From NCBI GenBank assembly GCA_043228905.1, contig JBHGNT010000001.1:36518001-36582000 (forward strand): 64,000 nucleotides of DNA, given 5' to 3'. The stretch is from Azolla caroliniana. Taxonomy: Eukaryota; Plantae; Polypodiophyta. Below are positions 1-13,546 of the stretch, piece after piece. The notes below the pieces were generated by a model that was not told where the DNA came from, made no database searches, and saw only the letters and a list, made by a program, of their open reading frames with translations. The position numbers and the translations under genes were made by a program. Positions within the stretch are counted from its first letter, which is position 1, and every line of letters begins with the position of its first letter.

Positions 1-644
1 TCTTTATTTACTACCCCTTATAGCTAGCTTATCAGGTAACAATCATTGATACACAAAATTAGCTGAAACATAAAGGCGTGATACCAGTGATTGGTCAAGC
101 AATTGCAAAAAGTGGAAAACAGAAACTGTACATTTTTAATCTCTAGCATCATTGACTTTGGGTACATGTATATAGCATGACTAGACTTATGAATTCAATG
201 GCTAATAAATATTTTGCTCTCTTTTGATTTCTGCATAGGAAGCCTCAAATTTCTATTCGTTCTACCACCATCACGCCTAAGTACAAGGTGATAAAATACT
301 TCTACATTCTCCTCTTTGACATTCAGGATTCTCCTTTCGTTTGTCGAGTTTGACAACCCTTTACCTTAATATACTGATTTTTTACAGGATCACAATGACA
401 AATAAGATAAATTTATTGTTCTTATCTGCACCTCTTTAGCATCCAGGATTCTCCATGCCCACATTAAGTTGACAACTTTTATCTTATTCTGTATTTTCAT
501 ATAGTTTGCATCTGCCTATACCCACCGTCCTTCATCAAATAGCTAGTGTAGATATGAGTATGTCAGTGAAACTATAGAGTATAAATTTTAACATTGTCCT
601 TGCTCATGGAAAAACTTCAAATTCAAATCCTTAAAATGAATTAC

Positions 645-2028
645 CGAGCATTTTCAAAAACTTCTTTAAGAACTCCATGATCAAAGAAACAATTGAGCAT
701 CTCCTAACCATGTCTACACTAGCTTTATGACGAAACATCTTAGATTTGTGTTCAGCATAACCTGGATATTTCTTGTCAAAGCTTGAAAGACAGTCTTGTA
801 AATTAAAACTGCTTCATCCAGAATTCCTAAAAATTGATAAGATCCTTTTACTAATAACAGCAATTACCAGAACTGATTGAAACCGGAGAAGCATAGTGTA
901 TATTTCCAGGCTAAAAATATGAGTTTCAAAATACTTTTCCTATCTCAAGACTGTGATATTGCATTTGTTTCTGGAAAGGATTAGGTCTTCATGATGTTTA
1001 TATACATAAGAATCCAGTTCATAATCGGGAACAGAGGAGAAGATCTTCACTAGCAGGTTTCATTAAATGAAGGTTTTCAAAGGTCCTCAATAGTTTTAAT
1101 TCTTCCTGCTGATCCTTCAAGGTTGAAAGACGTGGAAATACAGATATTATTCATTTTGCCTCTTCAGACAGGCAGATAGGCAGACACAGAGAACCATGTC
1201 TATACAAGGCAGTTCATCAAACCCGCCCCGCTTGGGGGGAAGAACCAAGGTGGGGGCGAACCAGCTATTTCATCAGTGTGATGAAGACAATTAACGCTAC
1301 TTCTTCTACTGCTGATCCTTCAGAAAGACAGAAATGGAAATGCATACCTACTTTTCAATGTTAATTCTCACAGATAGAAAATCTTGCCAATTATTCCATA
1401 ATCCTCCAGGAAGATATATGAAGCAATAATCTGAAATCCTTCAGATAGACAAACATAAAGTTAATTCATTTTTCATCATACAGAAATTGGCCAAGCTAAA
1501 CGATATTCTTGCTTCTGAGACAATGCCTTTCATATCCTTCCTTCAAATTCCAGACGGAGAGACAGACATAGAATAGATTCATGATTGTCCCCTAGAAGGA
1601 AAAGCAAATGCTTACAAAACCTTTCTTCAGAAATACAGACATAGAACAAATGTTCTTTATACAGAGAGACAGAGAGAGAGACACATAGTAAAAGCCTGTA
1701 TAATCTTTCTTCAGACAGAAATGTCATATGTTCTTCCTTAAGAGACAGACGGGCAGGCCGACAAGGAAAATCTGGACGATTCTTCCTTCAACGACATGTC
1801 GTGTATCTGCTTTTGTCGTCGGAGGTATACAGATAGAGAGTGGGGAAGAGAATCTTCCCCATTCGACATGGGAAAAGATGGATGGAATGATTATTTACCT
1901 GCAACTTTTCGGTAGATTTCTGACAAGAAGACTGGTGGGAGGTTCTCTGCGATCAGAGTAGCGATGGTGGCTTGGGCTTCTGCTTCGTCCTCTTCCACGC
2001 CATCGCTGAGGAGGGCTGAAGCTTCCAT
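645..2028 (-). CDS. 5' exons of an uncharacterised protein-coding gene, probably continuing toward or past the left edge
   Basis: Phase-compatible GT-AG exons 2028-1899, 826-762 and 703-645 read MEASALLSDGVEEDEAEAQATIATLIAENLPPVFLSEIYRKVAG/ILDEAVLIYKTVFQALTRNIQ/EMLNCFFDHGVLKEVFENAR. The second intron is only 58 nt. No family recognised. Confidence 0.55.
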
Positions 2029-2460
2029 GGCTCCTTCTCATCCTTCCTTCGCTGGCTCTCTTCTTCTCTCTTTACCTTTCTTTTCCTCGCACACAGTCAC
2101 AGTCACAGACACGAGCAGAAGTAGAAGACTAAAGAGAAAAAAACTTTGATTTACCTACTACTCTACTACTAATCTATCTATCTATCTATCTATCTTTATC
2201 TTCATCTTCATGGTTAGAAGCTCTTAGAACTTAGGACCTTCACTTGGGGTGGGGTTGTGTTTCTAAAACCTCCATCTTCATTTGGGATGGGGTTGTCGAA
2301 CGTAAAAGGAGACTATCACTTCCAATGATCATGATCATGATGGCGATGAAGGTGAAGATTGTATGCTATGTAGTTTTCAAATGGGTGTGTTAAGGGAGCG
2401 AGCTTCGCATTCCCTAATCTCTTAAAGAGGAGTGTGTCACCTATTGATTATGGACACGCC

Positions 2461-2506
2461 TGTGTGTGTGTGTGTGTGTGCGTGCGTGCGCGCACACACA
2501 CACACA
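2461..2506. repeat. Alternating purine-pyrimidine tract (TG)n-(CG)-(CA)n, self-complementary
   Basis: tgtgtg...cgtgcgtgcgcgcacacacaca read directly, about 430 bp upstream of the ATG at 2028. Confidence 0.9.
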
Positions 2507-5500
2507 TCTGGGGAATAGGGCAAGGCGAAATCGGCATAGTTGGGTTTTGATCTCCCAAAGAGAACTATATCCTTGTGATAATAGTCAACATGTATGACGA
2601 ATATGATCATGATTCATGAGGAATGCGTAAAGGAAATTGGCATTTTGTCTCATGTGAATCGCTCGAAGAGACTTGCAACTTAGAAGTTTAAGTGGATATG
2701 TACAAGACATAATTATCATCATAGAAATATACAAAATAAAGGTGACATTGAATAATGATGTTGATGATGACATGTTCACGAAGAATACAGGATTGTGAAA
2801 TAGGGGTTGGTATCGACATTTGGTTGATGTCTAGAAATTTATTGTATCTTTGTGGTTGGAAAAAGTAATGTGATTGGGGCATAAGTTAGGATATTCGTGG
2901 TTTCCGTATATTTCAGGACTATAGAATATTCTACAATCAAAGTGAATGTCCAAAGGGAACAAGATTTTGAAAAACAATGTGAAGTTGACGGCGGTCGATG
3001 AATTTTTTTTATGTTTGTGATTGATTATCGTAATCTTAACTTATATTGGTTTACAAATGTTGAGATCTCATAATAATAATAGCACTTGATTGAGTACTCT
3101 GATTTTGTTTTCGGGGTTGTAAAGGAGTGATCAAAATAAATGTTGGCCAGTGGGACAAGGTGTGAAAGCAAACAAAAGGAGCCAAGCACATATAGCCAAA
3201 TAAAGTGTGCCAAGTATTTAAAATGATTGTAGCTAACCGTGCTCCCCAAAAATAGGAAAGGATATAACCTTATATAAGGATTATGTGAATGAGAAAAGGA
3301 GAGAGAGAATATTATTCCTAGGCAAGAAGTGTCCAAAGAGAGAGAGTGTGTTAAACTAACAGTCGATCGGTACTTGTATCTGTGTGCATTCATAATCAAG
3401 TATTCTTTCTCGTGGGGTGTATTTCGATATGTGTGTTTACGTGTGATCTAAGTATATTGAATGTGTGCAATCGCGAGCCTATAATCAGTTGTAGCCGACT
3501 CAACAAGATATCTATTATTGTGTTCCCTAGAAAGTTCTAAGGGGTGTCTGCACCCCCCAAGTGTCGTGCAAGACAAACGAGTTCAAGAACCCACCAAGAG
3601 AGAGTTATCTAGAAATCCCTTGGGGTAGAGTTACCTCCCCTAACTCCCATAACCGGCTAAGTGTACAACCAACGAGATGACCCGAGGTCCCTTCCTCCTT
3701 GAGAGTGTTCCTCCAGAAAGGGGTAACAATAAATTGGCATTAAGTTTGAATTTCAAAGATGGTACATGACATAGAAGTCTCGTTGATATTAAGAAAAAAC
3801 CATCATGTCTATACACATAATGAAAGGAAGAAGGAACCCAAAGAGAACAATGTGAAAAAAAACCTTATTCAACATAACAAAACTTAGAAGGTTCAAACTA
3901 TCTTCTTCTTCTCCTCCAACCAAACCATGAAGACATATTTAAGGAACTCTTTAACGAGAGTGAGAAAGAATAACATAAGAGGCTTATGTTTCTTTCTTAT
4001 TATTTTTGTCTAGTTAATGATAAGATTTTGACACAAAGCCTTTGAGTGTCATACATGTTGATAGATTTGAAATCAATTACACTTTCCCCTTTCCTTGGCT
4101 CTTTGCTCATCCATCTTGGATTTGTATATCACTTCCTTAGATATTGAGGAATGTGGCATAATTGGTACATCTAAAACCACATCCCTTTTTCAGAGTGGAA
4201 GTGGTATAATTAGTCACATACAAATACTAAAAGTTTTTATAGGCGTGGAAGTTCACGTGCATATTACATGTATTATGTCATCATCTAACATGCAAAGGCA
4301 TCCTTGCAATCAATCATTTCAAGCAAATTCCTTGCCAATTTGATATTATTAAGAAATTGTTGCATGTTGGGATCCCATTTAGTTGTCAACTCACAGTGTA
4401 AAGAACACCATTATGAAAGAGGCAGGAATATAAAGATTAGGGTTTGAGAAGTAGTGGACTCTCTTAAAGTGATGTATTCAAAATAAAAGCATAGCTTCAA
4501 AGTCTTGGTGGGACAAGGGATGTCCAAATGAATTCCATTTGAAAGAGCATCACCCCTCCCATGCTCTAAAACACTCATGGGGAACTTCGAAATCCTTAGC
4601 AATGACATAGATTTTCCCATACAATCATACGAAACATAGAACTTTATTATTATGTGGGCATTCTACTGAATCTCAACATTACCATCAACTTTGTCCGAAG
4701 ATCTTCTCTTCATCCATTCGAAGCCTAGCTTTATATGACTATAATATCTATGCATCATCCCTTTAAATTGAATAAAATCTTGATATTCAAGGCCATGTTA
4801 CATTCGTTATATTAAACTAACCATAGGATTGACATCCTCAATAACATTTTAAAGATTATAAAAAGAATCTAACAAACTATGGCTTGACTCGAAATATGAG
4901 GGCGTCAATATATATTGGAAGCATGTAATAACAAACGAGAAACTAATTTGTACCAAAAAGAAATTAAAAAGGGAATATTATAATATTCTATAAGAGAAAG
5001 TGAGGATGTGTTTCATTGAGTAGAAAAGGTAATAAAGGAAAGAGCGTGAGTAGGGGCATACAAACTAAGCATCATGGCCAAACATAATGAACAAGATCAA
5101 TATATAACAAAAGAAGACATTGAGTTCTAATATAATACTTTTCGCCATTATCACTTCCCAAACTAGGGTTTAAACTTGTCACCCTTCTTGTATACATCAC
5201 AATTCTCAAGCCTTAGACTAGAAGTCTAAATCACAACTCCAAACTTCTTAAAAGCAATATCAGGTCAATGGCTCAAATCTAAGATGGTTAATGCTATATC
5301 TACGAGAATCAAGAGAAGAATCATTCCATGTATGCCTTATTTGCCTCATGCATTACATAACTCAGCTGCTAAATCCCCATTCTTCATAGTGAAACACATA
5401 ATAATGGTTTGACAATAATGACCTACCTAAATTTGGAATGCTTTACATGTAATAGTGCTTAAAAGTTCACATTTACCTTACTTGGTTAAGCTCCACCCTT

Positions 5501-5847
5501 ACTAGTGGAGCACCTAAATTATTAGGAAATAATGATGACATCTCACACCTATTTTTGAACAATACCAATCAATTCTATGTTTTACATAAAAGTTTAAAAC
5601 AATGTGTAATGATCCTCAAACATTTGCATTTCTCACTCATGCAACAAGTACAATCATTCATCAAAAACAGGTAGATATCCTTGAGATAACTCAATAGATA
5701 AGACCGACATCAAATCACATTCATCCTTCTCTTCCTTTCCCTCATCATCAGCTTTCATAATCATATAGATGGAGTTCCATCTCAAATGCCTCCCTTGTGC
5801 ATACATTCACAAAAGTGGACCTCCCATGGGATGCCTTGCCACAGATT

Positions 5848-5892
<45 letters not shown>

Positions 5893-5896
<4 letters not shown>

Positions 5897-7101
5897 GTGA
5901 AAACACACAATTATATTAATAAATGTGTGTGAAAAACACTACTTACAATACGTGTGACAATGGAGTATGGTCACACACTAACCACACTACAATACATGGG
6001 TAGTGGAACATGTTGAATTGCCAATAGGCAAGACGAACACTCCACCGAGAAAAGAATTTCCACTTGTTCCAATAAAGAAAATTGTCACATTAGTACTCCC
6101 TTCAACTTTCGTAGATATGCTTTCACTCCATGTCTACCATCAAATACAAAAGCGTTGCGCATGTTCCAATTATGATGCAATCCCCAACATCTCAAAAATA
6201 GGAAAACAATCTCCATCTCTAATTTTGGGTCAGCATGTGTAAATTGTACAAACACCCATTGTCTAGGTGTCAAATAACTCCGTGATAAAACTTGCCAAAT
6301 TTGAGAAATGTAACTCCAAATTTGACAAGCAATTAGACATTGTATAAATCGATGAGTATTATCTTCTATCTGAACTGTGCAAAAGAAGCAAGTACCCGTT
6401 ACTAGGTCACGACGCTTTAAAGCTAATCCCAAAGGCAATCCTCCGATCAAAACTCTCCAAATGAATACCTTTGCAACAAGTGGCAATTTAGAATGCCAAG
6501 TACGTTGAAAGATCTGCCACCACCCATGATCAGATTTGTGTATTTTCCATTCTTCTTCAACCTTAGATGATAACCATCCAAGAGACTCAACGAAACAATA
6601 ATACAAAAGATTAATAGTCACTTGTAACAATGGTGTTTGACCCCTTAAACTCCAATCAATCCACGGTTGTTCTTCTGTTTGTAGAGGTAAGGGACCTTGC
6701 ATCAATGCAATATTCTATAGTTGTTGCCAAATAAACCCATAATTAGGCGGGATGCGTAATAATTGTCGAGCTTCAGTAAACTCCAAAATTCTTTGAGATG
6801 GAACCTCAACTATATCTCCCACCTCTTTAACCCCCAAACAAAACAAACAATTAAATTGAGAACGCAATCTCTCTTTTCCTGGCCATCATAATAACCGAGA
6901 AGACACAATTAACTCTTTTTGCAAAGAGTTACAATGATCTCTATTAGATGATGGTTTCCATACATATAACAAGAGTGCTTCTTGCCATGAAGTAACTAAG
7001 TGTTGAACACATGAAGAACCCGGAATCCTAAGTGAAATACATCCATTCAATAATTGCCACCATGAAGCCTTAATCGTTGTCCTCCTATGTGTTAAACCCT
7101 T

Positions 7102-7103
<2 letters not shown>
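5893..7103 (-). mobile_element. 5'-truncated LINE (L1/Tx1-like), 3' part with zf-RVT region, subfamily A, inserted in a (TC)n tract
   Basis: ORF 6085-6705 has KVFIWRVLIGGLP...CFFC....ED..HRFIQC..ACQIW (LINE ORF2 C-terminal zinc-binding region). (TC)n lies on both sides: 5851-5892 and 7104-7140. Confidence 0.9.
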
Positions 7104-7141
<38 letters not shown>

Positions 7142-7702
7142 ATCCAACATGTCTTTGACCTCTATTTTTTGGCCCTTCCTGATTTTATTGCCTTCTCATA
7201 ATTTATCCAAACAATTGCCTTCCCCTCATGTTGGTTCAAATGCCATGTACATTTTATGCTCGACTCATCTAGTCATCCATTTTTCAAGTTCAATCCACCT
7301 TTCTCCCGTCTCAATTGTATACAGAGATTCACATCCATACTTATCCCTTGCTTTGAGTTGCTGAGAGCAACGAATTTACAGTCGAGATCATTCCTCCGGC
7401 ACTTCATGCTCACAAAACTTGAGAGAGGCAGAACAATTATGTTGTTACAAACACAAGGAAAAAATACAAGCAACAAATTTTTGACATTAGAAAACGAAAT
7501 TATAAATTCTATTTACATTCCCATAACCTTGAATAGCCTATTTTTATTGATAGTAGTTGACAGTTATCTTTAGTACTACTTTCCACCGTCATCCACTTAG
7601 ATTGACTAGGCTTGTAAAAATACATTGCATGTTAATCTCAGACATATGACTTACAAATTGGACATTCTGTATATTTACATTATGAATCCTTTCTAATTAG
7701 AA

Positions 7703-10700
7703 TTATGTTTCCCCATAAGCTCGCCTAGAGATATCAACATAGGGACCTCCCATATACTCTAGCACCTCTCTCCACAAAGGTTTTGGCAATTGAATACAAT
7801 GCTTCAAAATCATATCTTTTGATGATGATGCAAGATACCAAACACCTATTGCTACTTCTCGCTCCAATTGGCCAGGCCCCCACCCTGTAACAGATTATTG
7901 CAATGAAAACACAAAAAGCAACAACAAAAGCTTAGTAGTGGAAGATGGGTTCTAGAGATCAGCCAGTTACAGTTAGCTGAATGAGACATAGGTTCACGCA
8001 GAATAATACACATACAAAAAGAAGATCATGTTCATCATGCAATCTAGGCTTTTGTACAAATGCATCTGAGTCAAATACATCAAGACAACAATGGTATTTG
8101 AGAGAAAAGAAAAGAAAAAACCATGGCCATTTCACCAATGGAAGCCAAGCAACATAAAATATCAATACATACCCTCAAAACTGCATTATTTTCTTCAACT
8201 TTCCTCTGCAGAGAAATGTCCAGAATTAAGCTGCAATAGAAGGGTCTTTCACATATCATACTAGAGATTAAAAGTATCCCTCCTCTGGATTGCGAATTGA
8301 GCATATCCATATCTTGATAGCTCTTGTTATGATTAAGGATGCCAGAGCTTCCCTAAAATGTATCCAGAGATCTAGTTGGAGGAGAAAAAGAATATATTTA
8401 TAGTCCTACTAATTCAGCCTTCCACGTAATTCAAGATTATCTTCAGATAATTCTATGATAAGAGAGGATTGTAGAGTTTAAACAGTAGAATTCAAATAAC
8501 AAAAACAAAACCCGGCCAGTTGTTTCATCAAGTTCTTCCATTACTATGTTTGTTTTTCAAATCACTGAAAATTAAACCCCAATTATTACCATGCTGTTTT
8601 TAAAATAGAAAAGCAATGGCTAAGTTATCCAATTCGTACTCATCCCTTAGGTAAGAAAATAATGTGGAGCACTGTGAACTAAACCCCAGTACTACTATAC
8701 TTTCTTACAAATAGAAATGTCAAGAGTTTTTTGCCAAGTCATTCCACTCCCTTAGCTTAAGAAAACAATACAAATCAATGTAAATTTAACCCCATGTAAT
8801 GCTACCCTCGCCATTCATTGATTCTTTCACATCTGTGGCTGAAGTAAAAAATGGAAAATATTGTACACTAAACCCCAAGTACTACTATACTATCATCTTA
8901 CAAAGAAAGGTGCAAAACGTGGACCATTAAGCTACGCAAAATTTTGCCAAGTCATTCCACTCCCTTAGCTTAAGAAAAAAATACAAATCAATGTAAATTT
9001 AACCCCATGTAATGCTACCCTTGCCATTCGTTGATTCTTTCACATCTGTGGCTGAAGTAAAAAATGCAAAATATTTTATACTAACCCCTACATACTAATA
9101 TACTATCTTATTACAAAGAAAGGTGCAAAACGTGCACCATTAAGCTACGCCAAATTAAGCATTTTAAAGTAAAACCCTAATTAATCCTGTACTTTACTAT
9201 ACGAGTAGAAAAGTGCTAACCTGCATAGCGCACAAACCAACGGTAATCACGAGCATTGCTTTCTCCATTCTGCACACTAGATTTCATTGATTTTAGACCT
9301 CCCATGTATACACCAGGTATGATCTCCATAGTATCTTTCAACCCAGCAGCACCATGAACTACGTGTAAAGCATTAGCACCCACATCTCCACCCATGTATA
9401 AAGGGCAGCTTGCAAAATCAGGTAATAAGTCCTCAAATCCTGCCAGCTGCCCTAAGTTATACTCTGTAGGTCTAAACAAAATAAGGTAGTAACATTTAAT
9501 TAAAATGGAGGAATATATCATGAATGTGTAGGGAGAAATTTTACACCTTGGTGGCTGGATTGTTTACTCACCTGTTCAGTATAAGTCCTGCACTTCCTTC
9601 CTTGCTGCATAAAATCATTAATTTTTAAGTTTTGGAGGGAACAAGTAATAGACCGAAACACATACAAATAACTTGAAACTGTGACCAGTGACAAAAACAA
9701 GATGCATAATTGCAATCGAGATTATGTTCAAATTCTTCATAAAGAGGTTCCTTACAGAACGTGAAAACAGCTATAAGTGAACCAATATAAGCACAAATGT
9801 TCCAGCATGTTGCCATGGATGCACACAATCCCCAAGGCACACGAATGAGCCATGATAGGCATAAAATTTACAACCTAGACATGAACCAGGAGGTTCACAA
9901 ATGTTCTCATTTGAATCCTAAGGCCTATAAATGAACCAATATTTGATATCAAGAATCTGTGACACAGACATGCCCAATTGTTCGAGGATGAACATTTGCA
10001 AGGTGGAGTTATGATGCAGGTAGAATATGTCTAGAGTTCTTTTAGCTTGATTTGTGATCTTAGATAAATAGATTGATAGATATTTCTTAGAGGATCCATA
10101 GAGAGGGGAACATTGACCCATTAGACCACACATGTTATGCTGAAGAACTGACATATGAATTTACGATATCTTTACAGTATGAAGATATGATTATATCCTG
10201 GGACCTGTAATGTGTACAAAAGTCTATATTTATTTTAGATTAAATCTTACTGGAAAAGCTTGAGGGAACAATTCTAAAGGCTGATGTTAATGGATTATGG
10301 GTATTTAACCACACCATTCACCCGTGGGCAAACGACAAGAGATGAATACAAAACCCTATCAGCGTCCCATACCGTCAATTTGCAGTGTCAGCAAATTGTA
10401 GTAGATGCATGCCTAGAACCTATTTTGCTTTATTTATGATATTATAGGTATGCATCATGTAGAATAACTGATGAATAAAGATGATATGATGTCTTTGCAG
10501 ATGGGAGTTATGGTGATGTTCTGCACCGCGAGTAAATGTATCTCTAGAGTTCTTTTTTAGCTTGATTTGTGAAATTGCATCATGCATAAACGAGAATTGG
10601 TATGCGGATTACGGAGGACCGGTTCCTCACCGGCCGGAATCTCTCACCCTTCTCCGAACTTGGCACGTATACTGGATAAAAAGGTGGATAGAGAAGGTAT

Positions 10701-12063
10701 GTTGCAGTGTGGAATTACGACAATGTTTTGCATTGTCACTCAACGTTGTCCAATTTCATATGCAGCCATGCTATGCTAGACCTTATGACTTCCTTAAATC
10801 AATATGCCCTATGCATTACTTAATTAGAACGTTATAGGATCTATACATGTATCAATTCATTCATATGCGTTATGGATTCCTTACATCGATATATTAGTTC
10901 ATTTATAGATTTGATTGATTCCTTACATCAAAATGTCAGGAAGACCAGACCTGTGCCTATCTGCATTACGATATCATGGGTTAAGCTAAAACAACTCTAG
11001 ACATTAGTTCACACTACAGAACGCAATCCTACAACCCCACACTGCCAATTTATTTTCTTTACCCATCTTTTCTTCTCAATGGACAATGCAATATCACAAA
11101 TTTAAGCCTCACGCCTTTATCCATAATTTTTCCCCGTCAGAGAATGTAATACCACAACATAAACAAAGACGAACTCTACAAATTACACTTATTCACAATC
11201 CAGAACATCCTCAAAAATATATATTCTCTATCCATCTGGATCACATATGAAGCGAAATGAGCTTCAACACAAGCATTTACCCTCATTCCTAGCTCCACAC
11301 TGCGAAGACATTTTCTCAATCCCCCGTTTCTTCTGGTTGGGAAATGCAATAATGAAGCTAAATGGAGTTAAGACATGTATTTAATCACAGTATAGAGACT
11401 CATCCTATATAACTCCATGACATCAGGATATTTTATATATTCATCATAGTCCTGATCGATGCATAATGATGTATCACGAAATTGAGCTAAAAAGGACTGT
11501 AAGACATACCCGTGGGTGAAGAGGAAGATGACGGCTTGATGGAAGTATTGTTGCCGCGTGAGAAAAGCAGATGGATTAGCGATGAGTAAGCAACCTTTCT
11601 CAGGTTGACTTAATGGATGAGCCCAGAGATCAAGGCCGACAGAGTTCTCAACCGTGGGAGAAGGAAGCATATTCTCTCCAGATTTCTGAAGAAGACGAGC
11701 TCTGAAGGACCTCCAGTCTGAATTCTTGAGCTTCTCCTGTAGATCGTCATCCTCGCTTGCTTCTCCTTCTGGTCCTTCTGCTGCTGCATTCGTGAGCTTG
11801 TCCTGTGGGCCTTCTTCGTCTTGGTCTCCATCGGGCTCTCCTCCTTCTCCTCTGATCGCTCTGATTACAGCGATACGTATGAGACTGCGAGAAGAAGAAG
11901 AAGAAGAAGAAGAAGAAATGGAGCGGAGTTTCCTGGGCAGAGAATCATGGGATGGTGGAGCTAGCCGTGACCTTGATCTCCGCGGGGGAGCGTCGGGAAA
12001 CGGCGACGAAACGGGTGGGAAGGAGGAAGAAACGTGGAGGAGGGGACGCGAAACGAGCGCCAT
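7703..12063 (-). CDS. DUF179 / AlgH-YqgE (UPF0301) family protein with probable plastid transit peptide; 4 exons
   Basis: Exons 12063-11510, 9604-9572, 9471-9221 and 7884-7703 are all GT-AG and phase-consistent. Motifs: DWRSFRARL, GCLLIA, YFHQAVIFL, GSAGLILNRP, LYMGGDV, WFVRYAGWGPGQLERE, PLWREVL..MGGPY. The N-terminus is Ser/Pro/Arg-rich. Confidence 0.9.
8678..9155. repeat. Intronic tandem duplication, about 190-210 bp unit, about 2.3 copies
   Basis: The block ttgccaagtcattccactcccttagcttaagaaaa...atctgtggctgaagtaaaaaatg occurs at about 8731 and 8944. aaacccc(a)agtactactatac-like starts occur three times. Confidence 0.9.
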
Positions 12064-12645
12064 ATCAAAGCTTCATAAGCATCATCTCTTTTTCTCTGAA
12101 TTTCTGAGGCCATAAAAACATTTGGAGGCCCTTGTGCCCCTTGTGCTTTGATGGCCATAGCAGCCGGGCAGACAGAGACACACAGAAGGCGGAACCCATT
12201 TGATGAAGGACGGACTAACACATACATATGATGAGACCCTATCCAATCGATCGCAAGGTCCCCAGACATTGGCCGTTGCTTGGATCAAGTAACCACACTT
12301 TTTGGCTCTCATGCTTGACACTCTCAAGTTCCCAATGGACGGAAGGACGGGATAGCCACAATTTCCGAATCTCACAAGAATAATGCTCATATGAGATTCT
12401 TGTGCTCGCACTATGATTGTGCATGCGTACGTGTTATAAAACGGCAATTTCGCACTTTCAGAAGTCATTGATAGATCACTTTCCTCATTGATTCAGATTA
12501 GAGGAGTTTGTAATAATGCCAATCAACCTAGCTGAGTTCAAAAACCTAGACGAGTTGAAAACCTTAAGAATTGCGAACCCACAACTTTGCTCTATTTACT
12601 CGCATTGAAATTTTAAGAAAACACGAGGAAATACCACAAGATTTA

Positions 12646-12658
12646 TGGGCTGGGCCCA
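12646..12658. promoter_or_regulatory. Site II (TGGGCY, TCP-binding) elements upstream of the DUF179 gene
   Basis: tgggctgggccca lies about 580 bp upstream of the ATG. Function is inferred from the motif only. Confidence 0.35.
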
Positions 12659-13546
12659 AGGGTTTCAAAGAAGTTGCCCATTAATTAGGTCTTCAAAATA
12701 TTAAAAGAAGACATCAGTGCGCATACACTCCAGGCTCACATCAGACACCCAGACTATTAAGTGTCTGGACCAACACGTTGTTCAGGCTACTTGAATGCCT
12801 TTAAGATATCTTGGACCTTTCAAAACTTGGACCTTTCAAAACACGGAGTCTATTCAAAAGAGTATGCACCTCGTTGTTCTACCCCTAAATGGATTGGTGG
12901 GGATACTTAAACTTCTACACCCTATTTCCAAGGAAAGATATCCTAACGGATTGAGTAAAATAAAAAATTGGCCATTACAATTTACCATAAATTGCTCTTT
13001 CCCTAGAATTGACAAAAACGTTGTTCATATAATGGAGTCAATATTTGTTTATTAGAAATCCCAAGATTGAGGTTCCAGAATGATTCTATCAATAACACAT
13101 TATCCAACATAGATGTGCATCCATTCCAAGGAATTTTACTAATGGGACTAAGATGTGGGCATCACATTCAAGGTGGTTAATGTGAAATGGTTCAGGACAC
13201 TTCATACCTCAGATTCTCTGGTGGACTGATCTTGTGATTTATCTTACCATCGGAATGACACATGAACATGTTCAAGAGAAACATCGGCAAATTGTTCTTT
13301 TATAGTAAACACCTCAGCAAGGTGCATGAAAATGTTGTTGTGTTTAATATCTACACATACAAAAGGAGAAGAAATCCTTTTGCTGTATTCACCCTTTTTC
13401 TCAATGGCTTCTTTTTATAAATGAATGATGCATGTGGAAGAAGAAGAAAATAATCATAATAATAACAATTGGGCGTGTGTCTATGTCAAATGACTAAGGT
13501 GGTCAATGCCAATGTCAGAAGAATTGTTTGAGATGTCTTCAATGTT

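Noticed and set aside
2700-5400. Possible LTR or LTR-retrotransposon remnant
   Set aside because: TE-like texture, but I found no paired LTR, PBS or convincing domain motif.
10500-10700. Possible antisense exon inside the DUF179 intron
   Set aside because: Splice-like signals exist, but there is no consistent frame, partner exon or recognisable product.
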